In this document: positions 25,101 through 39,312 of the stretch, one piece after another
Numbering within the stretch: position 1 is the stretch's first letter
Layout of the letters: each line of letters begins with the position of its first letter
DNA from: Auanema rhodensis
Taxonomy: Eukaryota; Animalia; Nematoda
Length of the DNA: 64,000 bases
Direction of reading: 5' to 3'
NCBI GenBank assembly: GCA_964057225.1
Contig: OZ059894.1
Span: 1,984,001-2,048,000 of the forward strand
Position numbers and translations under genes: made by a program
The notes under the pieces: model-generated
Databases searched by the model: none
Told to the model about the DNA's origin: nothing
Seen by the model: the letters and a program-made list of their open reading frames with translations, nothing else

Positions 25101-27378
25101 TCCTTTTTTTAAGGCAAAGACGATGGACAATGTTATTCAACGAAAAAATTAATTCTTCAGGGTGAAAATCGAGGATATAAGTGTGAACTTATATCAGTTG
25201 ATATCTCGGTGCATTTTTAAGCTAGCGCAAATCTGATAACACAGATCGACGCAGCTTGAGAATCCGCATCGAATGCACTATACTACATTGAGGAACGCTT
25301 AATACAAAAATTAGTTATGATCGTTTGAAAAATGATGCATTAGTGTATGTTGAGTTTCCATGTACACTCAACATAGCTTCCAAAAACATTTTGACAAAAA
25401 TTTTTTCGAAAAATTTCAAAATAATTTAGCAGAAAGTAGATGTTTTTAGATTCCTTTTTTTAAGGCAAAGACGATGGACAATGTTATTCAACGAAAAAAT
25501 TAATTCTTCAGGGTGAAAATCGAGGATATAAGTGTGAACTTATATCAGTTGATATCTCGGTGCATTTTTAAGCTAGCGCAAATCTGATAACACAGATCGA
25601 CGCAGCTTGAAAATCCGCAACGAATGCACTATACTACTTTGAGAAACGCTTAATACAAAAATTAGTTATGATCGTTTGAAAAATGATGCATTAGTGTATG
25701 TTGAGTTTCCATGTACACTCAACATAGCTTCCAAAAACATTTTGACAAAATTTTTTTCGAAAAATTTCAAAATAATTTAGCAGAAAGTAGATGTTTTTAG
25801 ATTCCTTTTTTTAAGGCAAAGACGACGGACAATGTTATTCAACGAAAAAATTAATTCTTCAGGGTGAAAATCGAGGATATAAGTGTGAACTTATATCAGT
25901 TGATATCTCGGTGCATTTTTAAGCTAGCGCAAATCTGATAACACAGATCGACGCAGCTTGAGAATCCGCATCGAATGCACTATACTACATTGAGGAACGC
26001 TTAATACAAAAATTAGTTATGATCGTTTGAAAAATGATGCATTAGTGTATGTTGAGTTTCCATGTACACTCAACATAGCTTCCAAAAACATTTTGACAAA
26101 AATTTTTTCGAAAAATTTCAAAATAATTTAGCAGAAAGTAGATGTTTTTAGATTCCTTTTTTTAAGGCAAAGACGATGGACAATGTTATTCAACGAAAAA
26201 ATTAATTCTTCAGGGTGAAAATCGAGGATATAAGTGTGAACTTATATCAGTTGATATCTCGGTGCATTTTTAAGCTAGCGCAAATCTGATAACACAGATC
26301 GACGCAGCTTGAGAATCCGCATCGAATGCACTATACTACATTGAGGAACGCTTAATACAAAAATTAGTTATGATCGTTTGAAAAATGATGCATTAGTGTA
26401 TGTTGAGTTTCCATGTACACTCAACATAGCTTCCAAAAACATTTTGACAAAAATTTTTCGAAAAATTTCAAAATAATTTAGCAGAAAGTAGATGTTTTTA
26501 GATTCCTTTTTTTAAGGCAAAGACGATGGACAATGTTATTCAACGGAAAAATTAATTCTTCAGGGTGAAAATCGAGGATATAAGTGTTAACTTATATCAG
26601 TTGATATCTCGGTGCATTTTTAAGCTAGCGCAAATTTGATAACACAGATCGACGCAGCTTGAAAATCCGCATCGAATGCACTATACTACATTGAGGAACG
26701 CTTAATACAAAAATTAGTTATGATCGTTTGAAAAATGATGCATTAGTGTATGTTGAGTTTCCATGTACACTCAACATAGCTTCCAAAAACATTTTGACAA
26801 AAATTTTTTCGAAAAATTTCAAAATAATTTAGCAGAAAGTAGATGTTTTTAGATTCCTTTTTTTAAGGCAAAGACGATGGACAATGTTATTCAACGAAAA
26901 AATTAATTCTTCAGGGTGAAAATCGAGGATATAAGTGTGAACTTATATCAGTTGATATCTCGGTGCATTTTTAAGCTAGCGCAAATCTGATAACACAGAT
27001 CGACGCAGCTTGAAAATCCGCATCGAATGCACTATACTACATTGAAGAACGCTTAATACAAAAATTAGTTATGATCGTTTGAAAAATGATGCATTAGTGT
27101 ATGTTGAGTTTCCATGTACACTCAACATAGCTTCCAAAAACATTTTGACAAAAATTTTTTCGAAAAATTTCAAAATAATTTAGCAGAAAGTAGATGTTTT
27201 TAGATTCCTTTTTTTAAGGCAAAGACGATGGACAATGTTATTCAACGAAAAAATTAATTCTTCAGGGTGAAAATCGAGGATATAAGTGTGAACTTATATC
27301 AGTTGATATCTCGGTGCATTTTTAAGCTAGCGCAAATCTGATAACACAGATCGACGCAGCTTGAAAATCCGCATCGAA

Positions 27379-30300
27379 TGCACTATACTACTTTGAGAAA
27401 CGCTTAATACAAAAATTAGTTATGATCGTTTGAAAAATGATGCATTAGTGTATGTTGAGTTTCCATGTACACTCAACATAGCTTCCAAAAACATTTTGAC
27501 AAAATTTTTTTCAAAAAATTTCAAAATAATTTAGCAGAAAGTAGATGTTTTTAGATTCCTTTTTTTAAGGCAAAGACGACGGACAATGTTATTCAACGAA
27601 AAAATTAATTCTTCAGGGTGAAAATCGAGGATATAAGTGTGAACTTATATCAGTTGATATCTCGGTGCATTTTTAAGCTAGCGCAAATCTGATAACACAG
27701 ATCGACGCAGCTTGAAAATCCGCATCGAATGCACTATACTACATTGAGGAACGCTTAATACAAAAATTAGTTATGATCGTTTGAAAAATGATGCATTAGT
27801 GTATGTTGAGTTTCCATGTACACTCAACATAGCTTCCAAAAACATTTTGACAAAAATTTTTTCGAAAAATTTCAAAATAATTTAGCAGAAAGTAGATGTT
27901 TTTAGATTCCTTTTTTTAAGGCAAAGACGATGGACAATGTTATTCAACGAAAAAATTAATTCTTCAGGGTGAAAATCGAGGATATAAGTGTGAACTTATA
28001 TCAGTTGATATCTCGGTGCATTTTTAAGCTAGCGCAAATCTGATAACACAGATCGACGCAGCTTGAAAATCCGCATCGAATGCACTATACTACTTTGAGA
28101 AACGCTTAATACAAAAATTAGTTATGATCGTTTGAAAAATGATGCATTAGTGTATGTTGAGTTTCCATGTACACTCAACATAGCTTCCAAAAACATTTTG
28201 ACAAAATTTTTTTCGAAAAATTTCAAAATAATTTAGCAGAAAGTAGATGTTTTTAGATTCCTTTTTTTTAGGCAAAGACGACGGACAATGTTATTCAACG
28301 AAAAAATTAATTCTTCAGGGTGAAAATCGAGGATATAAGTGTGAACTTATATCAGTTGATATCTCGGTGCATTTTTAAGCTAGCGCAAATCTGATAACAC
28401 AGATCGACGCAGCTTGAAAATCCGCATCGAATGCACTATACTACTTTGAGAAACGCTTAATACAAAAATTAGTTATGATCGTTTGAAAAATGATGCATTA
28501 GTGTATGTTGAGTTTCCATGTACACTCAACATAGCTTCCAAAAACATTTTGACAAAATTTTTTTCGAAAAATTTCAAAATAATTTAGCAGAAAGTAGATG
28601 TTTTTAGATTCCTTTTTTTAAGGCAAAGACGACGGACAATGTTATTCAACGAAAAAATTAATTCTTCAGGGTGAAAATCGAGGATATAAGTGTGAACTTA
28701 TATCAGTTGATATCTCGGTGCATTTTTAAGCTAGCGCAAATCTGATAACACAGATCGACGCAGCTTGAAAATCCGCATCGAATGCACTATACTACTTTGA
28801 GAAACGCTTAATACAAAAATTAGTTATGATCGTTTGAAAAATGATGCATTAGTGTATGTTGAGTTTCCATGTACACTCAACATAGCTTCCAAAAACATTT
28901 TGACAAAATTTTTTTCGAAAAATTTCAAAATAATTTAGCAGAAAGTAGATGTTTTTAGATTCCTTTTTTTAAGGCAAAGACGACGGACAATGTTATTCAA
29001 CGAAAAAATTAATTCTTCAGGGTGAAAATCGAGGATATAAGTGTGAACTTATATCAGTTGATATCTCGGTGCATTTTTAAGCTAGCGCAAATCTGATAAC
29101 ACAGATCGACGCAGCTTGAAAATCCGCATCGAATGCACTATACTACATTGAGGAACGCTTAATACAAAAATTAGTTATGATCGTTTGAAAAATGATGCAT
29201 TAGTGTATGTTGAGTTTCCATGTACACTCAACATAGCTTCCAAAAACATTTTGACAAAAATTTTTTCGAAAAATTTCAAAATAATTTAGCAGAAAGTAGA
29301 TGTTTTTAGATTCCTTTTTTTAAGGCAAAGACGATGGACAATGTTATTCAACGAAAAAATTAATTCTTCAGGGTGAAAATCGAGGATATAAGTGTGAACT
29401 TATATCAGTTGATATCTCGGTGCATTTTTAAGCTAGCGCAAATCTGATAACACAGATCGACGCAGCTTGAAAATCCGCATCGAATGCACTATACTACTTT
29501 GAGAAACGCTTAATACAAAAATTAGTTATGATCGTTTGAAAAATGATGCATTAGTGTATGTTGAGTTTCCATGTACACTCAACATAGCTTCCAAAAACAT
29601 TTTGACAAAATTTTTTTCGAAAAATTTCAAAATAATTTAGCAGAAAGTAGATGTTTTTAGATTCCTTTTTTTTAGGCAAAGACGACGGACAATGTTATTC
29701 AACGAAAAAATTAATTCTTCAGGGTGAAAATCGAGGATATAAGTGTGAACTTATATCAGTTGATATCTCGGTGCATTTTTAAGCTAGCGCAAATCTGATA
29801 ACACAGATCGACGCAGCTTGAAAATCCGCATCGAATGCACTATACTACTTTGAGAAACGCTTAATACAAAAATTAGTTATGATCGTTTGAAAAATGATGC
29901 ATTAGTGTATGTTGAGTTTCCATGTACACTCAACATAGCTTCCAAAAACATTTTGACAAAATTTTTTTCGAAAAATTTCAAAATAATTTAGCAGAAAGTA
30001 GATGTTTTTAGATTCCTTTTTTTAAGGCAAAGACGACGGACAATGTTATTCAACGAAAAAATTAATTCTTCAGGGTGAAAATCGAGGATATAAGTGTGAA
30101 CTTATATCAGTTGATATCTCGGTGCATTTTTAAGCTAGCGCAAATCTGATAACACGAATCGACGCAGCTTGAAAATCCGCATCGAATGCACTATACTACA
30201 TTGAGGAACGCTTAATACAAAAATTAGTTATGATCGTTTGAAAAATGATGCATTAGTGTATGTTGAGTTTCCATGTACACTCAACATAGCTTCCAAAAAC

Positions 30301-33300
30301 ATTTTGACAAAAATTTTTTCGAAAAATTTCAAAATAATTTAGCAGAAAGTAGATGTTTTTAGATTCCTTTTTTTAAGGCAAAGACGATGGACAATGTTAT
30401 TCAACGAAAAAATTAATTCTTCAGGGTGAAAATCGAGGATATAAGTGTGAACTTATATCAGTTGATATCTCGGTGCATTTTTAAGCTAGCGCAAATCTGA
30501 TAACACAGATCGACGCAGCTTGAAAATCCGCATCGAATGCACTATACTACTTTGAGAAACGCTTAATACAAAAATTAGTTATGATCGTTTGAAAAATGAT
30601 GCATTAGTGTATGTTGAGTTTCCATGTACACTCAACATAGCTTCCAAAAACATTTTGACAAAATTTTTTTCAAAAAATTTCAAAATAATTTAGCAGAAAG
30701 TAGATGTTTTTAGATTCCTTTTTTTAAGGCAAAGACGACGGACAATGTTATTCAACGAAAAAATTAATTCTTCAGGGTGAAAATCGAGGATATAAGTGTG
30801 AACTTATATCAGTTGATATCTCGGTGCATTTTTAAGCTAGCGCAAATCTGATAACACAGATCGACGCAGCTTGAAAATCCGCATCGAATGCACTATACTA
30901 CATTGAGGAACGCTTAATACAAAAATTAGTTATGATCGTTTGAAAAATGATGCATTAGTGTATGTTGAGTTTCCATGTACACTCAACATAGCTTCCAAAA
31001 ACATTTTGACAAAAATTTTTTCGAAAAATTTCAAAATAATTTAGCAGAAAGTAGATGTTTTTAGATTCCTTTTTTTAAGGCAAAGACGATGGACAATGTT
31101 ATTCAACGAAAAAATTAATTCTTCAGGGTGAAAATCGAGGATATAAGTGTGAACTTATATCAGTTGATATCTCGGTGCATTTTTAAGCTAGCGCAAATCT
31201 GATAACACAGATCGACGCAGCTTGAAAATCCGCATCGAATGCACTATACTACTTTGAGAAACGCTTAATACAAAAATTAGTTATGATCGTTTGAAAAATG
31301 ATGCATTAGTGTATGTTGAGTTTCCATGTACACTCAACATAGCTTCCAAAAACATTTTGACAAAATTTTTTTCGAAAAATTTCAAAATAATTTAGCAGAA
31401 AGTAGATGTTTTTAGATTTCTTTTTTTTAGGCAAAGACGACGGACAATGTTATTCAACGAAAAAATTAATTCTTCAGGGTGAAAATCGAGGATATAAGTG
31501 TGAACTTATATCAGTTGATATCTCGGTGCATTTTTAAGCTAGCGCAAATCTGATAACACAGATCGACGCAGCTTGAAAATCCGCATCGAATGCACTATAC
31601 TACTTTGAGAAACGCTTAATACAAAAATTAGTTATGATCGTTTGAAAAATGATGCATTAGTGTATGTTGAGTTTCCATGTACACTCAACATAGCTTCCAA
31701 AAACATTTTGACAAAATTTTTTTCGAAAAATTTCAAAATAATTTAGCAGAAAGTAGATGTTTTTAGATTCCTTTTTTTAAGGCAAAGACGACGGACAATG
31801 TTATTCAACGAAAAAATTAATTCTTCAGGGTGAAAATCGAGGATATAAGTGTGAACTTATATCAGTTGATATCTCGGTGCATTTTTAAGCTAGCGCAAAT
31901 CTGATAACACAGATCGACGCAGCTTGAAAATCCGCATCGAATGCACTATACTACTTTGAGAAACGCTTAATACAAAAATTAGTTATGATCGTTTGAAAAA
32001 TGATGCATTAGTGTATGTTGAGTTTCCATGTACACTCAACATAGCTTCCAAAAACATTTTGACAAAATTTTTTTCGAAAAATTTCAAAATAATTTAGCAG
32101 AAAGTAGATGTTTTTAGATTCCTTTTTTTAAGGCAAAGACGACGGACAATGTTATTCAACGAAAAAATTAATTCTTCAGGGTGAAAATCGAGGATATAAG
32201 TGTGAACTTATATCAGTTGATATCTCGGTGCATTTTTAAGCTAGCGCAAATCTGATAACACAGATCGACGCAGCTTGAAAATCCGCATCGAATGCACTAT
32301 ACTACATTGAGGAACGCTTAATACAAAAATTAGTTATGATCGTTTGAAAAATGATGCATTAGTGTATGTTGAGTTTCCATGTACACTCAACATAGCTTCC
32401 AAAAACATTTTGACAAAAATTTTTTCGAAAAATTTCAAAATAATTTAGCAGAAAGTAGATGTTTTTAGATTCCTTTTTTTAAGGCAAAGACGATGGACAA
32501 TGTTATTCAACGAAAAAATTAATTCTTCAGGGTGAAAATCGAGGATATAAGTGTGAACTTATATCAGTTGATATCTCGGTGCATTTTTAAGCTAGCGCAA
32601 ATCTGATAACACAGATCGACGCAGCTTGAAAATCCGCATCGAATGCACTATACTACTTTGAGAAACGCTTAATACAAAAATTAGTTATGATCGTTTGAAA
32701 AATGATGCATTAGTGTATGTTGAGTTTCCATGTACACTCAACATAGCTTCCAAAAACATTTTGACAAAATTTTTTTCGAAAAATTTCAAAATAATTTAGC
32801 AGAAAGTAGATGTTTTTAGATTCCTTTTTTTTAGGCAAAGACGACGGACAATGTTATTCAACGAAAAAATTAATTCTTCAGGGTGAAAATCGAGGATATA
32901 AGTGTGAACTTATATCAGTTGATATCTCGATGCATTTTTAAGCTAGCGCAAATCTGATAACACAGATCGACGCAGCTTGAAAATCCGCATCGAATGCACT
33001 ATACTACTTTGAGAAACGCTTAATACAAAAATTAGTTATGATCGTTTGAAAAATGATGCATTAGTGTATGTTGAGTTTCCATGTACACTCAACATAGCTT
33101 CCAAAAACATTTTGACAAAATTTTTTTCGAAAAATTTCAAAATAATTTAGCAGAAAGTAGATGTTTTTAGATTCCTTTTTTTAAGGCAAAGACGACGGAC
33201 AATGTTATTCAACGAAAAAATTAATTCTTCAGGGTGAAAATCGAGGATATAAGTGTGAACTTATATCAGTTGATATCTCGGTGCATTTTTAAGCTAGCGC

Positions 33301-33696
33301 AAATCTGATAACACGAATCGACGCAGCTTGAAAATCCGCATCGAATGCACTATACTACATTGAGGAACGCTTAATACAAAAATTAGTTATGATCGTTTGA
33401 AAAATGATGCATTAGTGTATGTTGAGTTTCCATGTACACTCAACATAGCTTCCAAAAACATTTTGACAAAAATTTTTTCGAAAAATTTCAAAATAATTTA
33501 GCAGAAAGTAGATGTTTTTAGATTCCTTTTTTTAAGGCAAAGACGATGGACAATGTTATTCAACGAAAAAATTAATTCTTCAGGGTGAAAATCGAGGATA
33601 TAAGTGTGAACTTATATCAGTTGATATCTCGGTGCATTTTTAAGCTAGCGCAAATCTGATAACACAGATCGACGCAGCTTGAAAATCCGCATCGAA
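27379..33696 (+). repeat. 9-monomer (3159-bp) tandem duplication: copies 79-87 approximately equal copies 88-96
   Basis: The rare variant ACACGAATC (consensus ACACAGATC) has its G at 30156 and 33315, exactly 3159 bp apart. The 135A and 189T markers recur at the same offset. Confidence 0.88.
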
Positions 33697-36504
33697 TGCA
33701 CTATACTACATTGAGGAACGCTTGATACAAAAATTAGTTATTATCGTTTGAAAAATGATGCATTAGTGTATGTTGAGTTTCCATGTACACTCAACATAGC
33801 TTCCAAAAACATTTTGACAAAAATTTTTTCGAAAAATTTCAAAATAATTTAGCAGAAAGTAGATGTTTTTAGATTCCTTTTTTTAAGGCAAAGACGATGG
33901 ACAATGTTATTCAACGAAAAAATTAATTCTTCAGGGTGAAAATCGAGGATATAAGTGTGAACTTATATCAGTTGATATCTTGGTGCATTTTTAAGCTAGC
34001 GCAAATCTGATAACACAGATCGACGCAGCTTGAAAATCCGCATCGAATGCACTATACTACATTGAGGAACGCTTAATACAAAAATTAGTTATGATCGTTT
34101 GAAAAATGATGCATTAGTGTATGTTGAGTTTCCATGTACACTCAACATAGCTTCCAAAAACATTTTGACAAAAATTTTTTCGAAAAATTTCAAAATAATT
34201 TAGCAGAAAGTAGATGTTTTTAGATTCCTTTTTTTAAGGCAAAGACGATGGACAATGTTATTCAACGGAAAAATTAATTCTTCAGGGTGAAAATCGAGGA
34301 TATAAGTGTTAACTTATATCAGTTGATATCTCGGTGCATTTTTAAGCTAGCGCAAATTTGATAACACAGATCGACGCAGCTTGAAAATCCGCATCGAATG
34401 CACTATACTACATTGAGGAACGCTTAATACAAAAATTAGTTATGATCGTTTGAAAAATGATGCATTAGTGTATGTTGAGTTTCCATGTACACTCAACATA
34501 GCTTCCAAAAACATTTTGACAAAAATTTTTTCGAAAAATTTCAAAATAATTTAGCAGAAAGTAGATGTTTTTAGATTCCTTTTTTTAAGGCAAAGACGAT
34601 GGACAATGTTATTCAACGAAAAAATTAATTCTTCAGGGTGAAAATCGAGGATATAAGTGTGAACTTATATCAGTTGATATCTCGGTGCATTTTTAAGCTA
34701 GCGCAAATCTGATAACACAGATCGACGCAGCTTGAAAATCCGCATCGAATGCACTATACTACTTTGAGAAACGCTTAATACAAAAATTAGTTATGATCGT
34801 TTGAAAAATGATGCATTAGTGTATGTTGAGTTTCCATGTACACTCAACATAGCTTCCAAAAACATTTTGACAAAATTTTTTTCGAAAAATTTCAAAATAA
34901 TTTAGCAGAAAGTAGATGTTTTTAGATTCCTTTTTTTAAGGCAAAGACGACGAACAATGTTATTCAACGAAAAAATTAATTCTTCAGGGTGAAAATCGAG
35001 GATATAAGTGTGAACTTATATCAGTTGATATCTCGGTGCATTTTTAAGCTAGCGCAAATCTGATAACACAGATCGACGCAGCTTGAAAATCCGCATCGAA
35101 TGCACTATACTACTTTGAGAAACGCTTAATACAAAAATTAGTTATGATCGTTTGAAAAATGATGCATTAGTGTATGTTGAGTTTCCATGTACACTCAACA
35201 TAGCTTCCAAAAACATTTTGACAAAATTTTTTTCGAAAAATTTCAAAATAATTTAGCAGAAAGTAGATGTTTTTAGATTCCTTTTTTTGAGGCAAAGACG
35301 ACGGACAATGTTATTCAACGAAAAAATTAATTCTTCAGGGTGAAAATCGAGGATATAAGTGTGAACTTATATCAGTTGATATCTCGGTGCATTTTTAAGC
35401 TAGCGCAAATCTGATAACACAGATCGACGCAGCTTGAAAATCCGCATCGAATGCACTATACTACATTGAGGAACGCTTAATACAAAAATTAGTTATGATC
35501 GTTTGAAAAATGATGCATTAGTGTATGTTGAGTTTCCATGTACACTCAACATAGCTTCCAAAAACATTTTGACAAAAATTTTTTCGAAAAATTTCAAAAT
35601 AATTTAGCAGAAAGTAGATGTTTTTAGATTCCTTTTTTTAAGGCAAAGACGATGGACAATGTTATTCAACGAAAAAATTAATTCTTCAGGGTGAAAATCG
35701 AGGATATAAGTGTGAACTTATATCAGTTGATATCTCGGTGCATTTTATAGCTAGCGCAAATCTGATAACACAGATCGACGCAGCTTGAAAATCCGCATCG
35801 AATGCACTATACTACATTGAGGAACGCTTAATACAAAAATTAGTTATGATCGTTTGAAAAATGATGCATTAGTGTATGTTGAGTTTCCATGTACACTCAA
35901 CATAGCTTCCAAAAACATTTTGACAAAAATTTTTTCGAAAATTTTCAAAATAATTTAGCAGAAAGTAGATGTTTTTAGATTCCTTTTTTTAAGGCAAAGA
36001 CGATGGACATTGTTATTCAACGAAAAAATTAATTCTTCAGGGTGAAAATCGAGGATATAAGTGTGAACTTATATCAGTTGATATCTCGGTGCATTTTTAA
36101 GCTAGCGCAAATCTGATAACACAGATCGACGCAGCTTGAAAATCCGCATCGAATGCACTATACTACATTGAGGAACGCTTGATACAAAAATTAGTTATGA
36201 TTGTTTGAAAAATGATGCATTAGTGTATGTTGAGTTTCCATGTACACTCAACATAGCTTCCAAAAACATTTTGACAAAAATTTTTTCGAAAAATTTCAAA
36301 ATAATTTAGCAGAAAGTAGATGTTTCTAGATTCCTTTTTTTAAGGCAAAGACGATGGACAATGTTATTCAACGAAAAAATTAATTCTTCAGGGTGAAAAT
36401 CGAGGATATAAGTGTGAACTTATATCAGTTGATATCTCGGTGCATTTTTAAGCTAGCGCAAATCTGATAACACAGATCGACGCAGCTTGAAAATCCGCAT
36501 CGAA

Positions 36505-39312
36505 TGCACTATACTACTTTGAGAAACGCTTAATACAAAAATTAGTTATGATCGTTTGAAAAATGATGCATTAGTGTATGTTGAGTTTCCATGTACACTC
36601 AACATAGCTTCCAAAAACATTTTGACAAAATTTTTTTCGAAAAATTTCAAAATAATTTAGCAGAAAGTAGATGTTTTTAGATTCCTTTTTTTGAGGCAAA
36701 GACGACGGACAATGTTATTCAACGAAAAAATTAATTCTTCAGGGTGAAAATCGAGGATATAAGTGTGAACTTATATCAGTTGATATCTCGGTGCATTTTT
36801 AAGCTAGCGCAAATCTGATAACACAGATCGACGCAGCTTGAAAATCCGCATCGAATGCACTATACTACATTGAGGAACGCTTAATACAAAAATTAGTTAT
36901 GATCGTTTGAAAAATGATGCATTAGTGTATGTTGAGTTTCCATGTACACTCAACATAGCTTCCAAAAACATTTTGACAAAAATTTTTTCGAAAAATTTCA
37001 AAATAATTTAGCAGAAAGTAGATGTTTTTAGATTCCTTTTTTTAAGGCAAAGACGATGGACAATGTTATTCAACGAAAAAATTAATTCTTCAGGGTGAAA
37101 ATCGAGGATATAAGTGTGAACTTATATCAGTTGATATCTCGGTGCATTTTTAAGCTAGCGCAAATCTGATAACACAGATCGACGCAGCTTGAAAATCCGC
37201 ATCGAATGCACTATACTACATTGAGGAACGCTTAATACAAAAATTAGTTATGATCGTTTGAAAAATGATGCATTAGTGTATGTTGAGTTTCCATGTACAC
37301 TCAACATAGCTTCCAAAAACATTTTGACAAAAATTTTTTCGAAAAATTTCAAAATAATTTAGCAGAAAGTAGATGTTTTTAGATTCCTTTTTTTAAGGCA
37401 AAGACGATGGACAATGTTATTCAACGAAAAAATTAATTCTTCAGGGTGAAAATCGAGGATATAAGTGTGAACTTATATCAGTTGATATCTCGGTGCATTT
37501 TTAAGCTAGCGCAAATCTGATAACACAGATCGACGCAGCTTGAAAATCCGCATCGAATGCACTATACTACTTTGAGAAACGCTTAATACAAAAATTAGTT
37601 ATGATCGTTTGAAAAATGATGCATTAGTGTATGTTGAGTTTCCATGTACACTCAACATAGCTTCCAAAAACATTTTGACAAAATTTTTTTCGAAAAATTT
37701 CAAAATAATTTAGCAGAAAGTAGATGTTTTTAGATTCCTTTTTTTGAGGCAAAGACGACGGACAATGTTATTCAACGAAAAAATTAATTCTTCAGGGTGA
37801 AAATCGAGGATATAAGTGTGAACTTATATCAGTTGATATCTCGGTGCATTTTTAAGCTAGCGCAAATCTGATAACACAGATCGACGCAGCTTGAAAATCC
37901 GCATCGAATGCACTATACTACATTGAGGAACGCTTAATACAAAAATTAGTTATGATCGTTTGAAAAATGATGCATTAGTGTATGTTGAGTTTCCATGTAC
38001 ACTCAACATAGCTTCCAAAAACATTTTGACAAAAATTTTTTCGAAAAATTTCAAAATAATTTAGCAGAAAGTAGATGTTTTTAGATTCCTTTTTTTAAGG
38101 CAAAGACGATGGACAATGTTATTCAACGAAAAAATTAATTCTTCAGGGTGAAAATCGAGGATATAAGTGTGAACTTATATCAGTTGATATCTCGGTGCAT
38201 TTTTAAGCTAGCGCAAATCTGATAACACAGATCGACGCAGCTTGAAAATCCGCATCGAATGCACTATACTACATTGAGGAACGCTTAATACAAAAATTAG
38301 TTATGATCGTTTGAAAAATGATGCATTAGTGTATGTTGAGTTTCCATGTACACTCAACATAGCTTCCAAAAACATTTTGACAAAAATTTTTTCGAAAAAT
38401 TTCAAAATAATTTAGCAGAAAGTAGATGTTTTTAGATTCCTTTTTTTAAGGCAAAGACGATGGACAATGTTATTCAACGAAAAAATTAATTCTTCAGGGT
38501 GAAAATCGAGGATATAAGTGTGAACTTATATCAGTTGATATCTCGGTGCATTTTTAAGCTAGCGCAAATCTGATAACACAGATCGACGCAGCTTGAAAAT
38601 CCGCATCGAATGCACTATACTACTTTGAGAAACGCTTAATACAAAAATTAGTTATGATCGTTTGAAAAATGATGCATTAGTGTATGTTGAGTTTCCATGT
38701 ACACTCAACATAGCTTCCAAAAACATTTTGACAAAATTTTTTTCGAAAAATTTCAAAATAATTTAGCAGAAAGTAGATGTTTTTAGATTCCTTTTTTTGA
38801 GGCAAAGACGACGGACAATGTTATTCAACGAAAAAATTAATTCTTCAGGGTGAAAATCGAGGATATAAGTGTGAACTTATATCAGTTGATATCTCGGTGC
38901 ATTTTTAAGCTAGCGCAAATCTGATAACACAGATCGACGCAGCTTGAAAATCCGCATCGAATGCACTATACTACATTGAGGAACGCTTAATACAAAAATT
39001 AGTTATGATCGTTTGAAAAATGATGCATTAGTGTATGTTGAGTTTCCATGTACACTCAACATAGCTTCCAAAAACATTTTGACAAAAATTTTTTCGAAAA
39101 ATTTCAAAATAATTTAGCAGAAAGTAGATGTTTTTAGATTCCTTTTTTTAAGGCAAAGACGATGGACAATGTTATTCAACGAAAAAATTAATTCTTCAGG
39201 GTGAAAATCGAGGATATAAGTGTGAACTTATATCAGTTGATATCTCGGTGCATTTTTAAGCTAGCGCAAATCTGATAACACAGATCGACGCAGCTTGAAA
39301 ATCCGCATCGAA
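36505..39312 (+). repeat. Trimeric (1053-bp) higher-order run marked by the 14T/20A/127T/189G/202C monomer
   Basis: The TTTTTTTGAGG variant monomer starts at 36505, 37558 and 38611; the first two are each followed by two consensus copies. Confidence 0.8.
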
